From Candidatus Bathyarchaeota archaeon (lineage in GTDB: Archaea > Thermoproteota > Bathyarchaeia > Bathyarchaeales > DTEX01), in NCBI GenBank assembly GCA_963714275.1, contig CAVQNT010000003.1:96001-160000 (forward strand): DNA of 64,000 nucleotides, read 5' to 3'. The translations under genes and the position numbers were made by a program. Numbering within the stretch: position 1 is the first letter of the stretch; every line of letters starts with the position of its first letter. The notes below the pieces were generated by a model. The model saw nothing but the letters and a program-made list of their open reading frames with translations. It was not told the origin of the DNA and searched no databases. Positions 10,875 through 21,366 of this stretch are shown here, piece by piece.

Positions 10875-11505
10875 TTGTTCAGAAAAAAAAGACGCAAAGA
10901 CGAGATAGATCTAGCTGCCGAAACAGTGTTTCAGATTTTGAAGACTGGAGCAAAAAATGTAGAGAAACAGAAGGGAAAAAACCATTGAGGAACCTCAATG
11001 GGAGAAGCATGAATCCGAAGAAATCACTAAAGAAAAAACAACTATACTACCTTCAAATGAAGTGTTAAAGTTTCTTAATCCAATTGATAGAGATCTTGAA
11101 GAGATCGAGAATACTCTAGTAAAGATCCATCCCAAAATTGAATCGATCTCTAAGCTTCTACCAACACTGGACCCGTTGAAGGAACTACTACAACATAATA
11201 TTGCAGAAAATATAAAGGAACTGAAGAAAAAGACTGCTTTTTTACTAGAGCTAAAAAAACAAGAGGAAGATAAAAATCAAGAGCTTCAAAAAATGCAGCA
11301 GATTAAGGAAAATCTGGAAAAAGAGATAAATCAGATGGAAGATGCATTGGTACAAGTACGCAATAAGATACCCGAGATTACTGCCGAAAAAGAAAGAATC
11401 GAGGGCGATGTAACCCAGCGAGAAGAAAATCTTCGTTTGGTTGAAGAACACATTAGACGTATTCTAAATCTTCAGAAAGCCAGCTCAACGCCCCCCACTC
11501 ACTGA
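10875..11505 (+). CDS. Coiled-coil hypothetical protein (probable frameshift in A-run near 10980)
   Basis: Heptad-rich ORF 11062-11505; removing one A joins it to upstream TTG-LFRKKRRKDEIDLAAE frame. Confidence 0.55.
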
Positions 11506-11601
11506 AGCCAGCTAATGTCACTGCAGTGACCTGAAACTCGTATTTTTCTTTAAATACTTAACATATTTTGGAATTCGGTTTCTGTTTGTATAACATGCGC
11601 T

Positions 11602-12252
11602 CTAAGTATTGAAGAACAAGTAACTGAGGTATCGATGGTACTTTTTTATTCTCGGAAAAAACATAGGCACTTTTTCAGCATAGTCCTGATATTCTTTCCC
11701 AAACTCCTTTGTTAACTCGTTCTCTTCTTTCTTTGAAATGAGAAAAATTAACAGAATCATCAATGGAGTGGAAAGTAGAGAGTACCACGCAGAAAATAAA
11801 AAAGTGATTCCCACATGAGCTAGTAAACCTCCAAGATATTGCGGATGCCTAACTAAAGAATAAACACCCGAGGTAACGATTTTGTCCGCTCGATGGGTTT
11901 CAGCCACTTTTAAAGTGGTTCCTTTTACACCTGCAACTCCGAACCAAGCACCTGACAAAAACAAAGGAACAAAGACTATCAAGTGAACTATTGGAATCGA
12001 ATAGTTGATAAACGGAAAAACCACAGACAAATTTAAGAGGAGGGAGATAACAAACCTTGGTTGCGGAGAAACCCAGAGTCCAGCCCAAAAGACGAAGAAC
12101 CCCCAACCAGAAAGGAAACTGTAAATCCCGCCAATTTGTCTCCCTCTGTCTTGCCCATATTTCTCTTCAAGTTTAAGATGCTCCACTGATAAAAAATGAA
12201 GTGGTATCACAGCAATTATGCCAACCACGCAAATGAAGAAGAAAATGTACAT
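11602..12252 (-). CDS. Isoprenylcysteine carboxyl methyltransferase (ICMT/PEMT) family protein
   Basis: Polytopic; GVYSLVRHPQYLG and EENEL..EFG.EY.DY..KVP. Confidence 0.85.
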   Translation of the reverse strand: MYIFFFICVVGIIAVIPLHFLSVEHLKLEEKYGQDRGRQIGGIYSFLSGWGFFVFWAGLWVSPQPRFVISLLLNLSVVFPFINYSIPIVHLIVFVPLFLSGAWFGVAGVKGTTLKVAETHRADKIVTSGVYSLVRHPQYLGGLLAHVGITFLFSAWYSLLSTPLMILLIFLISKKEENELTKEFGKEYQDYAEKVPMFFPRIKKYHRYLSYLFFNT

Positions 12253-12323
12253 TCTGCTATCATAGAATCAATAAAGGCTAACGAAATAAATCATTTCTTA
12301 TGGATACGTTGCCGACACAGGCG

Positions 12324-13265
12324 TCACTGCGTATTCCATTCTTGCTTTCTTCCGCAATTCGGACAGTATAAAGCATCTCCAGGCATCCTTTGTCCACAGC
12401 AGATACAGAATTTCAGCTGCCATTTCTGAATCTGAACACGCCTTCTTTGAAGAACGGTTTGAACGAAAAGACCGATTGCTACGAATGTACAGATTCCTAA
12501 CATGACCTCTCTGAGAAATATGCCGGTCTCTACCGAAATGGCTACTGTGAGGAAGCCTGTGGCATCATACACACCGTGAATCAGCGTAGGTATTAGAAGA
12601 TTTCCGCCTGAAAGATAATACGTCACCGCCATAGCCATTCCAAAGGCAACCAGATTAGTGAACAAGACCAAAGAAGCTACACCGTAAACGAGTCCGTAAT
12701 AGAGATGCACAGCAGCGAAAAGCACCGACGAAGCAAACGCAAGAACCAACCAGTGACGATTCTTAAAAATTGCCAACATACCGCCAAAAACGAAACCTCT
12801 AAAAAGATACTCTTCAACTGGCCCTACAACTAAAAAGGACACTAATACCATGGTCCAAGCTGCCTCAGGCGGTATCTGCAGCAACGGATTGGGTCTGTTC
12901 AGAAGATCAATTGCCGCTGGATCAAGCGCTAAAAAAGCGATTAGAATTACAACCGTAACGATTATAGCTAAATCCATGAAAACTCCGAACATGCCTAACC
13001 CAAACTTGAGAGCGGAAAAAACGTGGTTGTTGGCACGTCGAATTATGGACTTTCCCCAAAGCAAGCTTACGGTTATAACGGGTATTCCATAAACCACGAT
13101 TATCTGCGCGATGGCGCCAAGATCCCCGATAATATACTGGGAGAAAATTGAGAAGCAAATGACAATTAGCCCGATAAGATATGACCATTTTGTAATCGGC
13201 TTTTCCAAGGTTTCGTTCTTTCTCAAAACAGAACCGTCTTTTGCTAGCATTAGTCCAATTCTCAC
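12324..13265 (-). CDS. CPBP (Rce1/CAAX protease, Abi) intramembrane protease with C-terminal zinc ribbon
   Basis: EEYLFRG, FAAVH, HGVYD motifs; C-terminal CICCG...CPNCG. Confidence 0.88.
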   Translation of the reverse strand: MRIGLMLAKDGSVLRKNETLEKPITKWSYLIGLIVICFSIFSQYIIGDLGAIAQIIVVYGIPVITVSLLWGKSIIRRANNHVFSALKFGLGMFGVFMDLAIIVTVVILIAFLALDPAAIDLLNRPNPLLQIPPEAAWTMVLVSFLVVGPVEEYLFRGFVFGGMLAIFKNRHWLVLAFASSVLFAAVHLYYGLVYGVASLVLFTNLVAFGMAMAVTYYLSGGNLLIPTLIHGVYDATGFLTVAISVETGIFLREVMLGICTFVAIGLFVQTVLQRRRVQIQKWQLKFCICCGQRMPGDALYCPNCGRKQEWNTQ

Positions 13266-13474
13266 ATCAATGTTTTGACTGGTAAACTGTCGAAAAGGCT
13301 TACACTTCCCATCATATAATCCTTAGCTATACAAGGCATAATCTATGAAGTGAACACAAATAGCAAAGTCCAAGATCTGTCTGTGATATAGGAAAATCAA
13401 GGTTTATTATTGATGTTATTCGACGAATGTAGAAATCACTGTCATCTGAGCAGTGTATAATTTGTTATTCCTAT

Positions 13475-13590
13475 ATTTTGGACAAAATTTAATTTTTTTC
13501 TCTGTTTATTCTTCTCACGTGTGTTGTGTGTTGTGCGTTATCTGTTATACGCTCTCTAGCCACGATATAGAACAACAAAACAACCATTCT
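13475..13590. repeat. Low-complexity intergenic element, degenerate copy
   Basis: attttggacAAAATTTAATtttttt core, pyrimidine/GT tract, then aacaacaaaacaac. Confidence 0.45.
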
Positions 13591-13707
13591 AAAATTTATT
13601 ACTTGCCATTCTTTTTCTTTTTATTTTCAAGCATCTTTTAATACGGTTAAAAAAAATTATAAGGTTCAACATGCACTAGACCAAACTCTAGACATATCTG
13701 GAGTGTT

Positions 13708-15189
13708 CTAGCCGGGCTTGCTACGTCTTCTCATTACGAAAAGCCCTACAATGACAGCAACAGCAGCAGCTGCTGCTCCAATTATCACGTACATTATTGG
13801 GAAGCCTTCTTCCAGTGGAGTCAGCGTGACAGTCGGGTCGAGGTGCACTGTTTCAATACTTGGAATTATTGTCGCAACATACTCTAGTCCTTGGTATTCA
13901 GGTTCATTGGACCAAAAATTAATTTGAAGTATGATGTTGTGGTCAGATCGTACCGTATGGGTTCCTGGTTGAGTGAATAAGTAATACGAATCGACCTGAA
14001 CCGTTTGAGTGAGACCATCGATTGTTAATTGGGTTTCCTCCTTTGCGAAGAAGTATGCCTCAACAAATGCTTCAGTGGGCAGATGAATCATGGTATCTTG
14101 GTTTGGTTGAATGCCGATAAACATAACTCCATTAGCATACCCCGTGTAAATTCCTCCTAAGGAGGAACGTGTTATTTCGATACTTCCGTTATGAATAAAC
14201 GTTAATGTGATTGGTTTGTCGCTCTGCACAGCAATGGCGTATGCTGTTGGCTGGACTGCAACGCCAGTTCCTCCTGTTACTGTAAACTTAGTCATCAATT
14301 GCTTGGTTTCAAGATCATACACTCTCACTTCAGTATCCTCAGAAGCTAATATTCGGTATCCGTAATCCCTTTGGTTGTCCCACCCCCATTCCCCCCTCAA
14401 CGACCTTGTTAAGAAGAATGTTCCCACAAAACCTCCTTCAGCAGAGGGAACGGGAAAACATGTACAATCACCACCTCCTACAGCTGGAATTGCGACTGAC
14501 TGAATCATAATATTGCCTGTAGACTCAAATTTAAAGACCCTAAAAGGACTCAATATTATATTTTTATACGAGTTGGCATCAAGAGGATATTGTTGTTCAT
14601 CCCCGTCATCTCTAGTCACAGTAACCCTTGTTTTTTCTAAAGCCAGCATTGTGTATTCAGCGTTGATTCCTTGGCTAGAACCCATCAAAACGAATTCCTT
14701 GCCAACATACATGCCATCTGTAGACAAATAGGAGCCACGTGGTAATGGTCCCTCTCTAGCAGTAGCATTAGGAATACTATGATAATTAAGAAGCAAAACA
14801 GAAACCTGCTTATCTGATACTACCTTGAAGACTGTGCCATTGGAAAGTAACACAAAATGTTTCTTCATGCTATTTATTGTTACTTCCGAAACAAGTCTAT
14901 CAAGCGTCAGGTCATAGACCATTACGTTTGTGTCGTCCTCTGCAACGCTAATCGCAATCAAGGAGGTATTACCAACTGAGCCTGTGTCAAGCCTCCAAAC
15001 TGAGTTACGATCGTTCGTATCAGTAAGATTAAATCTGTATATTTTAGATGGCACAACACCATAGTAAGTATAATCCGGGTTTCCTAATGATGGAAAGACA
15101 TGGAGATAAAATGGGTATATGAGGAAAATTGTGAGTATAGTCACAACCAAATAAAATAATTTAATTTGTAAGCCTTTCCAGAACTGCAA
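13708..15189 (-). CDS. Cell-surface protein, IgGFc-binding-like beta repeats, C-terminal TM anchor
   Basis: N-terminal TM; repeated ILASEDTEV / VQSDKPI / VRSDHNI strands; C-terminal hydrophobic helix then RRRSK. Confidence 0.6.
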   Translation of the reverse strand: MQFWKGLQIKLFYLVVTILTIFLIYPFYLHVFPSLGNPDYTYYGVVPSKIYRFNLTDTNDRNSVWRLDTGSVGNTSLIAISVAEDDTNVMVYDLTLDRLVSEVTINSMKKHFVLLSNGTVFKVVSDKQVSVLLLNYHSIPNATAREGPLPRGSYLSTDGMYVGKEFVLMGSSQGINAEYTMLALEKTRVTVTRDDGDEQQYPLDANSYKNIILSPFRVFKFESTGNIMIQSVAIPAVGGGDCTCFPVPSAEGGFVGTFFLTRSLRGEWGWDNQRDYGYRILASEDTEVRVYDLETKQLMTKFTVTGGTGVAVQPTAYAIAVQSDKPITLTFIHNGSIEITRSSLGGIYTGYANGVMFIGIQPNQDTMIHLPTEAFVEAYFFAKEETQLTIDGLTQTVQVDSYYLFTQPGTHTVRSDHNIILQINFWSNEPEYQGLEYVATIIPSIETVHLDPTVTLTPLEEGFPIMYVIIGAAAAAVAVIVGLFVMRRRSKPG

Positions 15190-15535
15190 AATTATACGCT
15201 CCTAAATATCCGAACATTATATATATTAATTTATGTTATATTTAATTATAATGTCTGTAACAATCACGAGGTTTTTCCATGAAGCTTCTATTAGAGTCCA
15301 ATCAAAAAATAACCTAGAATAAGCGGTACAGTCTTAAAAGTCACAGACTAATGAAGGCTTTTTGGTAATAACACTAAATGTTGTCGGTTACGGCTTCTAA
15401 TAGTGCTAAGAAGATAGGTGAGATGACTATTCAAGCGTTTAAAGACTTCTTCGCTGGTAGAAAAGTCAGGAATAACATCAATTTAACTGAATTTGGCATA
15501 GCTTAGATGCGAGAATCATTCAAGATCGTATAAGC

Positions 15536-16072
15536 TTAAAAAGAGAACTTCTTGCCAAACTCTTCTAGGTAAGCTATTTTTTCAAGTTTCTTTCTCGGTC
15601 TTATTAAGTGAACCACCTTAGCTGAAATGTCCAGTTTCTCTTTTGGGTAGCCCAAAGCTAAAAGCGCAATAACCTTCAGGTGACTGGGTAGTTTTAACAT
15701 TTCTCTAATTTCTTTTTCGTTGAAAACGCCTATCCAACATGTTCCTATTCCTTCGCCAGTGGCAGCGAGTACAAGGTTTTCCATTGCAATGCATGTTTCA
15801 CAGGCATACCAGCGTGGAGAAGCTTTCTGATCTCCGCATCCAACAATAACAACGGGCGAATCAGCTAAAAAATGACCATATCTGCATCCCTTAGCGATTT
15901 TTTTTCTTTTATCTGAATCTGTGACTATGATAAAACGCCAAGGCTGAACACTTCCTGCTGAAGGAGCCAGTCTAGCCGCATCTAAAATCTTTTTCAACTT
16001 TGCATGTGGAACCGGCGTAGACTCATAAGACCTAATTGATCTCCGGTTTTGAATAACTTCAAAAACATCCAA
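15536..16072 (-). CDS. Nitroreductase family protein
   Basis: RRSIRSY, ARLAPSA.S.QPW, GIGTCWIG, LALGYP. Confidence 0.92.
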   Translation of the reverse strand: MDVFEVIQNRRSIRSYESTPVPHAKLKKILDAARLAPSAGSVQPWRFIIVTDSDKRKKIAKGCRYGHFLADSPVVIVGCGDQKASPRWYACETCIAMENLVLAATGEGIGTCWIGVFNEKEIREMLKLPSHLKVIALLALGYPKEKLDISAKVVHLIRPRKKLEKIAYLEEFGKKFSF

Positions 16073-16236
16073 CTTAATTCCCTCGATTATTCAGTGAGTT
16101 TGTAACTATTTGAAATCACCATCGACTCCCTATTTAAAAAATTTTATTAGCTCAGCTCACTGTAAATTAATCTTAAAACTTTTAATGCAAAGATACCAAT
16201 ATAATGGCAAACTGCTTAAGAAAAAGTTGACCAATC

Positions 16237-17482
16237 TTGAATAGACCTGATGTTTACTACATTGAGGCACATGTACCAATTGAATATATTCCACAGGTCC
16301 CCTCCAAAAAATGGTACACATACAGCCTGATATATCAAACAAAAGAGCTTGCAGGAAAAATTTTGTTAGATACTATTAAACCGGGAGACACTGTTGCCAT
16401 TAAAACACATTTTGGTGAACGATACTCTCAATATTACATTAGACCAGCCTATGTAAGGAAGGTAGCTGATAAAATTAGGGAATTAGGTGGAAAACCCTTC
16501 GTGTGTGACACGCTTTTTTCTGGTATGGCTGTAGAGAGAGATGAAGCAGACGAACCCTTCCTGACCAGGAGATCTCTTGAAGAGGGTCTAGAAACTGCAG
16601 CTATGAATGGTTTCACCCGTGAAACTATGGGGTGTCCAGTCTTCTTTGCAGATGCTCCAAAGGGATTAAGATCAATAAAACATCCCTTTAATGGGACATA
16701 CATCAAAGAGGTTTTTATCGCTTCAGTTATCGCTGAGGCTGATGTCCTATTGAGCCTGGCGCATTTTAAGGCTCATGACTGTATGTCAGTGGGCGGAACT
16801 CTCAAGAATATCGGTGTGGGTTGCTCAGCTAAACAGGGAAAATGGTGGATTCACCACAGTTCTAAGCTTAAGTGTGGACTTGAAAAAATGCACAGAATGC
16901 GGCGAATGCGTATCTTATTGCCCAGTGGACGCAATAGAGATGGTTCAGGGAAAAGCCCATATTATTCCAGAGAAATGTATCGACTGCGCTGGCTGCATCG
17001 ACCATTGTAAATCTGCTGCATTTATTAGTAGGACATTTCCAACCATAGAGGAACAAGAGGCTAGAATCGCTGAAACTGCTACTGGCATCATTCAGTATTT
17101 TAAAGGTAAAGTAGCATTCATCAACTTAGCTGTTGACATTGTGCCCCTTTGCGACTGCGATCCCTTCCAAGGAGTTCCAATAGTTCCAGACCTAGGCGTA
17201 CTAGCATCAAAAGACCCAGTGGCTATCGATAGGGCATGCATAGACCTTGTAAACAACTCCTCAGGCATCCCTAACTCAATGGCTGAGGCTGCAGGTGTGC
17301 TGAAGCCTGGAGTAGAAAAACTTAACACCATCGCTAAAATGAGGTGGAAGGCTACGCCTGGAGCAACTCATGTGACACCGGACTGGAGGGTCATGCTTGA
17401 TACAGCTGAGAAGGTTGGACTTGGAACTCAACATTACAATTTAATTAAAATAAATTTTGGCTATCCTCCAAAGAAATCATGA
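16237..17482 (+). CDS. DUF362 family Fe-S protein with 2x[4Fe-4S] insert, frameshift near 16868
   Basis: AIKTHFGE, HFKAH, LKNIGVGC; CTECGEC..CP and CIDCAGC..C; CDC, ASKDPVAID. Confidence 0.85.
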
Positions 17483-17628
17483 AATGTCTCAAGGTTACGG
17501 AAAACATTTTAACTAAAAGTGATCCAGGCCATTAAATTAATAAGATTTTTATAATTGGCGCCTTTTTGAGTGTATAAAAATCATCGTTTGGTGGAATTGA
17601 ACTGAGCAAAGTATATTTCCTTAAGGCA

Positions 17629-18537
17629 TTGAGATCCCGATATGACCAATCGGAAAGCTTAGTAAATAAGCTTCCTGAGCTGTTGGAAAAATCGGGAATA
17701 AATGATATTATTGCCAAAAAAAACTTGGTCGCCATTAAGATGCACATAGGTGTCATCGGTGGATATAGAACCATTCGACCTCAATTCGTAAGGAAAATGG
17801 TAGACACAATTAAACAATGCGGGGGAAGTCCATTTATAACTGACACTTGGGGGATAGGGCACATAGAGGCTGCATTCTACAATGGATACAGTTACGCAAC
17901 GGTTAATGCACCAGTACTACCAGCAAACGGAATCAAGGAGAACGATTACAGAATAGTAAAGTTAGACGATGGATTCCACTTGAAGGAGGTTAAAGTTGCA
18001 GGAAACATTTACGACGCCGATGTTCTCATCAACTTTGCACATGGCAAGGGGCATGGATCATGTGGTTATGCTGGTGCCATAAAAAATTTAGCTTTAGGTG
18101 GCACAACAGGAGATATAAGAAGTAAAGAACATGCTTTAGAAAGAACAGAGGAAGGCGCCAGAAAATTCCAAGAAGCCATGGTGGATGTCAATAAGGCGGT
18201 TCTAAGCAACAAGAAAGACAAGGCTTTACATATTGCATGGCTATTCGACATCGTTGAACACTGCGATTGCACCCCCTTTGGAATGGTTCCTTTCCTTCCC
18301 GATTTGGGCATACTTGCCTCAAAAGACATAGTAGCCTTAGAGAAGGCTAGCATAGATCTTATAAACAAAGCTCCTCCATTACCATGGTCAATTGCAGATA
18401 AATTTAACATTGAAGCTGGAGACAACAAGTTCCTAAAAATCCACGGCAAAGATCCTTACATCCAAGTCTACGCTGCTGAAAAGGCGGGTTTAGGCACAAC
18501 CCAGTATGAGATCATTGAGTCTGTAAAAGGCTTATGA
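17629..18537 (+). CDS. DUF362 family protein without ferredoxin insert (start may be CTG at 17602)
   Basis: AIKMHIG, HGKGH, IKNLALG, HCDC, ASKDIVALE. Confidence 0.85.
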   Translation: MRSRYDQSESLVNKLPELLEKSGINDIIAKKNLVAIKMHIGVIGGYRTIRPQFVRKMVDTIKQCGGSPFITDTWGIGHIEAAFYNGYSYATVNAPVLPANGIKENDYRIVKLDDGFHLKEVKVAGNIYDADVLINFAHGKGHGSCGYAGAIKNLALGGTTGDIRSKEHALERTEEGARKFQEAMVDVNKAVLSNKKDKALHIAWLFDIVEHCDCTPFGMVPFLPDLGILASKDIVALEKASIDLINKAPPLPWSIADKFNIEAGDNKFLKIHGKDPYIQVYAAEKAGLGTTQYEIIESVKGL

Positions 18538-19477
18538 AATACGAAACTTCTTCTATTGATATAGGGGGATTAAGGTTGAACCCTTTGGTTCTATGTTTGG
18601 ACATAAGTGAAAGTATGACCTACGGTGAACCATGGAAGATTAACCAAGCATTCACCATGATAGTAAAGACCATACAGAGCTTGAGCCAAGACAAACAGGT
18701 AGGATTGGTCACCTTCGACGTAACATCTGAAGTTTTGCTGGATCTGCAGCCATTAAACAAAGAAACAATTACTACCGAACTTAGTAAAATAGTGCCCAGA
18801 GGAGTCAGCTGCATAACGGCTGGATTGGCTGAGGCTGTCAACCTAATTAAAAAAAACGATAAGTTTGGTGAAGTTCTCCTATTAACTGATGGTCGAGTAA
18901 ACTTATCCAAGAATCAGATGGAAGGATTTGAAGGCAGCATAGACTTAGAGAAGGAACTCCTAAAGATATCAAGGGATGCTGCGCAAGAACAAATCACGGT
19001 TCATTCAGTCGCTGTCGGTGAAGACGCCTTTTCGGGAACTTTGTCCAATATTGCTAAAACAACTCGTGGCTGTTACTGGCTGGCAGAAGATTACCCTGGA
19101 CTTAGCATAGGAACATCATGGCCTTCGAGAGTTTTAGAGAGGTATGAGCTAAGTGTTCACAGTTCTCCAGTTGAGTGCCTTCAGCTCAGCCTACCTGGAC
19201 AAAAGAATCCCAGTTTATGCATGTTGCGGTTGTCTCTCAAAGCTTTTATGATATCTATTTAGGACACCATAAAGCGTTTCTAATTAACGCAGGCAAAGAG
19301 AGAGAAGCAAGAACTGCTTTGATCTCCATCGATTCTGATAAGCTGGCTGGTTACAGAGAGAGAAATCCTAAGATAGCGGAGAGGGTCAAAACTGGAAAAG
19401 CTGCACTTCTCGACAAAAGCTACCGTGACTATCTAAACTTGAGTAAAGGTAGTCTCATTGAACTTAATATTTACTAA
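18534..19477 (+). CDS. vWA domain protein with C-terminal beta domain, frameshift near 19177
   Basis: MIDAS motif LDISESM, LLLTDG; ATGA overlap with upstream DUF362 gene. Confidence 0.8.
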
Positions 19478-19770
19478 AAGCCCACCAGTAGTCAGCCAAT
19501 AAAATTTAATTTTCTCTCTCTTCTTCTCGCGCGCGCACTCGGAATTTCCGTTCATAGAGAAAAGCCTAGAGAAGTTTCTAGAGAATTTTATTTTAGGGAA
19601 GAAAAGGCTGAAGCTAAGACTTGTAAGTTTGAATGGATAGAGGTTAAGGGTCGCCCTCAGATGCGTTACCGTGACCTTAAGACGGGTCGTTTCATAAGAA
19701 AGCCTGAATAATGAATTCCAAAAAGGAATTTATTTGAAGATCTTAATAAAAATTTATAGCTAACTAGCTT

Positions 19771-20343
19771 CTATGTTGTTAATGGAGTAAAGTTTTTTTC
19801 ATGCATTAATATTTTGGATATTTTTATTTCAGCAAAAAATTCTCTTTTCGCTTTGCATATTGGGCAAATGTACGGCGGCTCTTCGCGGAAAACCACGTAA
19901 CCGCACTGTTTACAGTACCAGAATTTGAGTTTCGAACTTGAAATCCCTTTGTTCAATATGCCAAGTGTATCAATTGGTTTTTCAGTAACTGCCATGTTTA
20001 TTCCATGATCTCTGGATTGTTTTTCAATAGGTCGACGTTCAGGGATAGGCATTATGGGAGTTTTGTCTTCAAAGACATCTTTTCTGACGTAAAGTGCGCA
20101 ATAGCAGTATCCGAACTCAAGAACATCGATATCGCGGTAGTCGCAGGGACACATTATGTCTCTGTCAAACTCAAACTTTCCAGAGGCAAGCCTGCATGGG
20201 CATGAAGGATAACCATAACGTTCTTCATTTTTTTTAAGTCCTTCGAGAAGGTCTGCTAGAAATTCAGAGTCAGGGTTCAGGAAATAGCCATGGGTTTTTG
20301 CATCGCTTTCTGCCCTTCGCCGCACTTTTTCAAATTCTGTCAA
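19771..20343 (-). CDS. Ferredoxin:thioredoxin/disulfide reductase catalytic subunit with rubredoxin domain
   Basis: YGYPSCPCR, CPC, CYC; C-terminal CKQCG...CPIC. Confidence 0.9.
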   Translation of the reverse strand: MTEFEKVRRRAESDAKTHGYFLNPDSEFLADLLEGLKKNEERYGYPSCPCRLASGKFEFDRDIMCPCDYRDIDVLEFGYCYCALYVRKDVFEDKTPIMPIPERRPIEKQSRDHGINMAVTEKPIDTLGILNKGISSSKLKFWYCKQCGYVVFREEPPYICPICKAKREFFAEIKISKILMHEKNFTPLTT

Positions 20344-20624
20344 ATTTCTAAAACCTCTCTTAGCCTATCTTCATAGAAACCATTCATTAAATTCTTATTA
20401 TCAATGATTATGACGGGATAGCTAGGCCTTCCACCCTTATTTCGAATGTCTTTCTCAATTTTTTCCCAATCTTCATTACTACATAAATCTACATCTATGT
20501 ACTCATATTCAAAGTTACTTTTTTTAAGGAATTTCTTTAACATTTTGCACCATGCGCACGTACTCAACGTGTACAATAGAATCTTATGTTTTTGGTTTCT
20601 GCCTGAAACTTTTATGGTATTCAT
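20340..20624 (-). CDS. Glutaredoxin/NrdH-like protein
   Basis: STCAWC, YPVIII, GF; overlaps the FTR gene. Confidence 0.88.
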   Translation of the reverse strand: MNTIKVSGRNQKHKILLYTLSTCAWCKMLKKFLKKSNFEYEYIDVDLCSNEDWEKIEKDIRNKGGRPSYPVIIIDNKNLMNGFYEDRLREVLEI

Positions 20625-20821
20625 CTTTTAAACAGACTCTTTCCACAAGCTGGCAATGCCGCATATATTTCTTTCTTCAATACATTAAGACATACAAGAT
20701 GTTCTAATATATTGGTCCTTATAGAGAAGACGTTAAATTGGTTTTTAACACCTCTTAGGGAATTCTCAGACTTTGAAGAGTAAAATTTCTAACTTATAGT
20801 TCATTGCTATTGCACTTTGGA

Positions 20822-20960
20822 TTTTGGGATTAAAAATTAGTCTTTTTCTTCTTCTTACTTACTCTTACTTACATACTCTTCCGCTTCTGTTTACTCGGTA
20901 TATCGTGTGTATCGTATATCACACAAAAAAACAAACACAAACAACCAAAAACAAAAAGCT
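20822..20960. repeat. Low-complexity intergenic element copy C
   Basis: GATTAAAAATTAGTC at 20828-20842, CTT/CTTA tract, then CA-rich tract; same layout as right half of copy A. Confidence 0.6.
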
Positions 20961-21366
20961 GACAAAAAATACTTAGAAGAGTAGGGAATAAATAAGAATT
21001 TAAAAAAATATGTAAATTTCTATTGGATAGCTCATCCTATTTATAGAGATATATATAGGAAAGACACTGTGCCATATTTCTTTATGTTAAAAAGTTTGAA
21101 GAACAAGAAATTTGTTAAACTAAAAAATAACAAAAACAAGCGGTGATAATAGGATTTGAGTAAACTTGCTTTCATCATTTTCTTTCCGCTTTTTCTTTAT
21201 TTCAGACTAGTCTTCTGGTTAGCTAGTAGAATGTGAACGAGTAAACCCTAATGACACAAGTTTCGTGTCTTTTTAACATGTTTTGTGATGCTTCTTCCAC
21301 ACATGAGTGTATGAGCATGAAACATAGAATAAATAAAAGTTATTAGACTAATAATATGTGTTTTAG

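Noticed and set aside
1823-20960. CRISPR array interpretation of the repeats
   Set aside because: No regular repeat-spacer periodicity and no cas genes in the window
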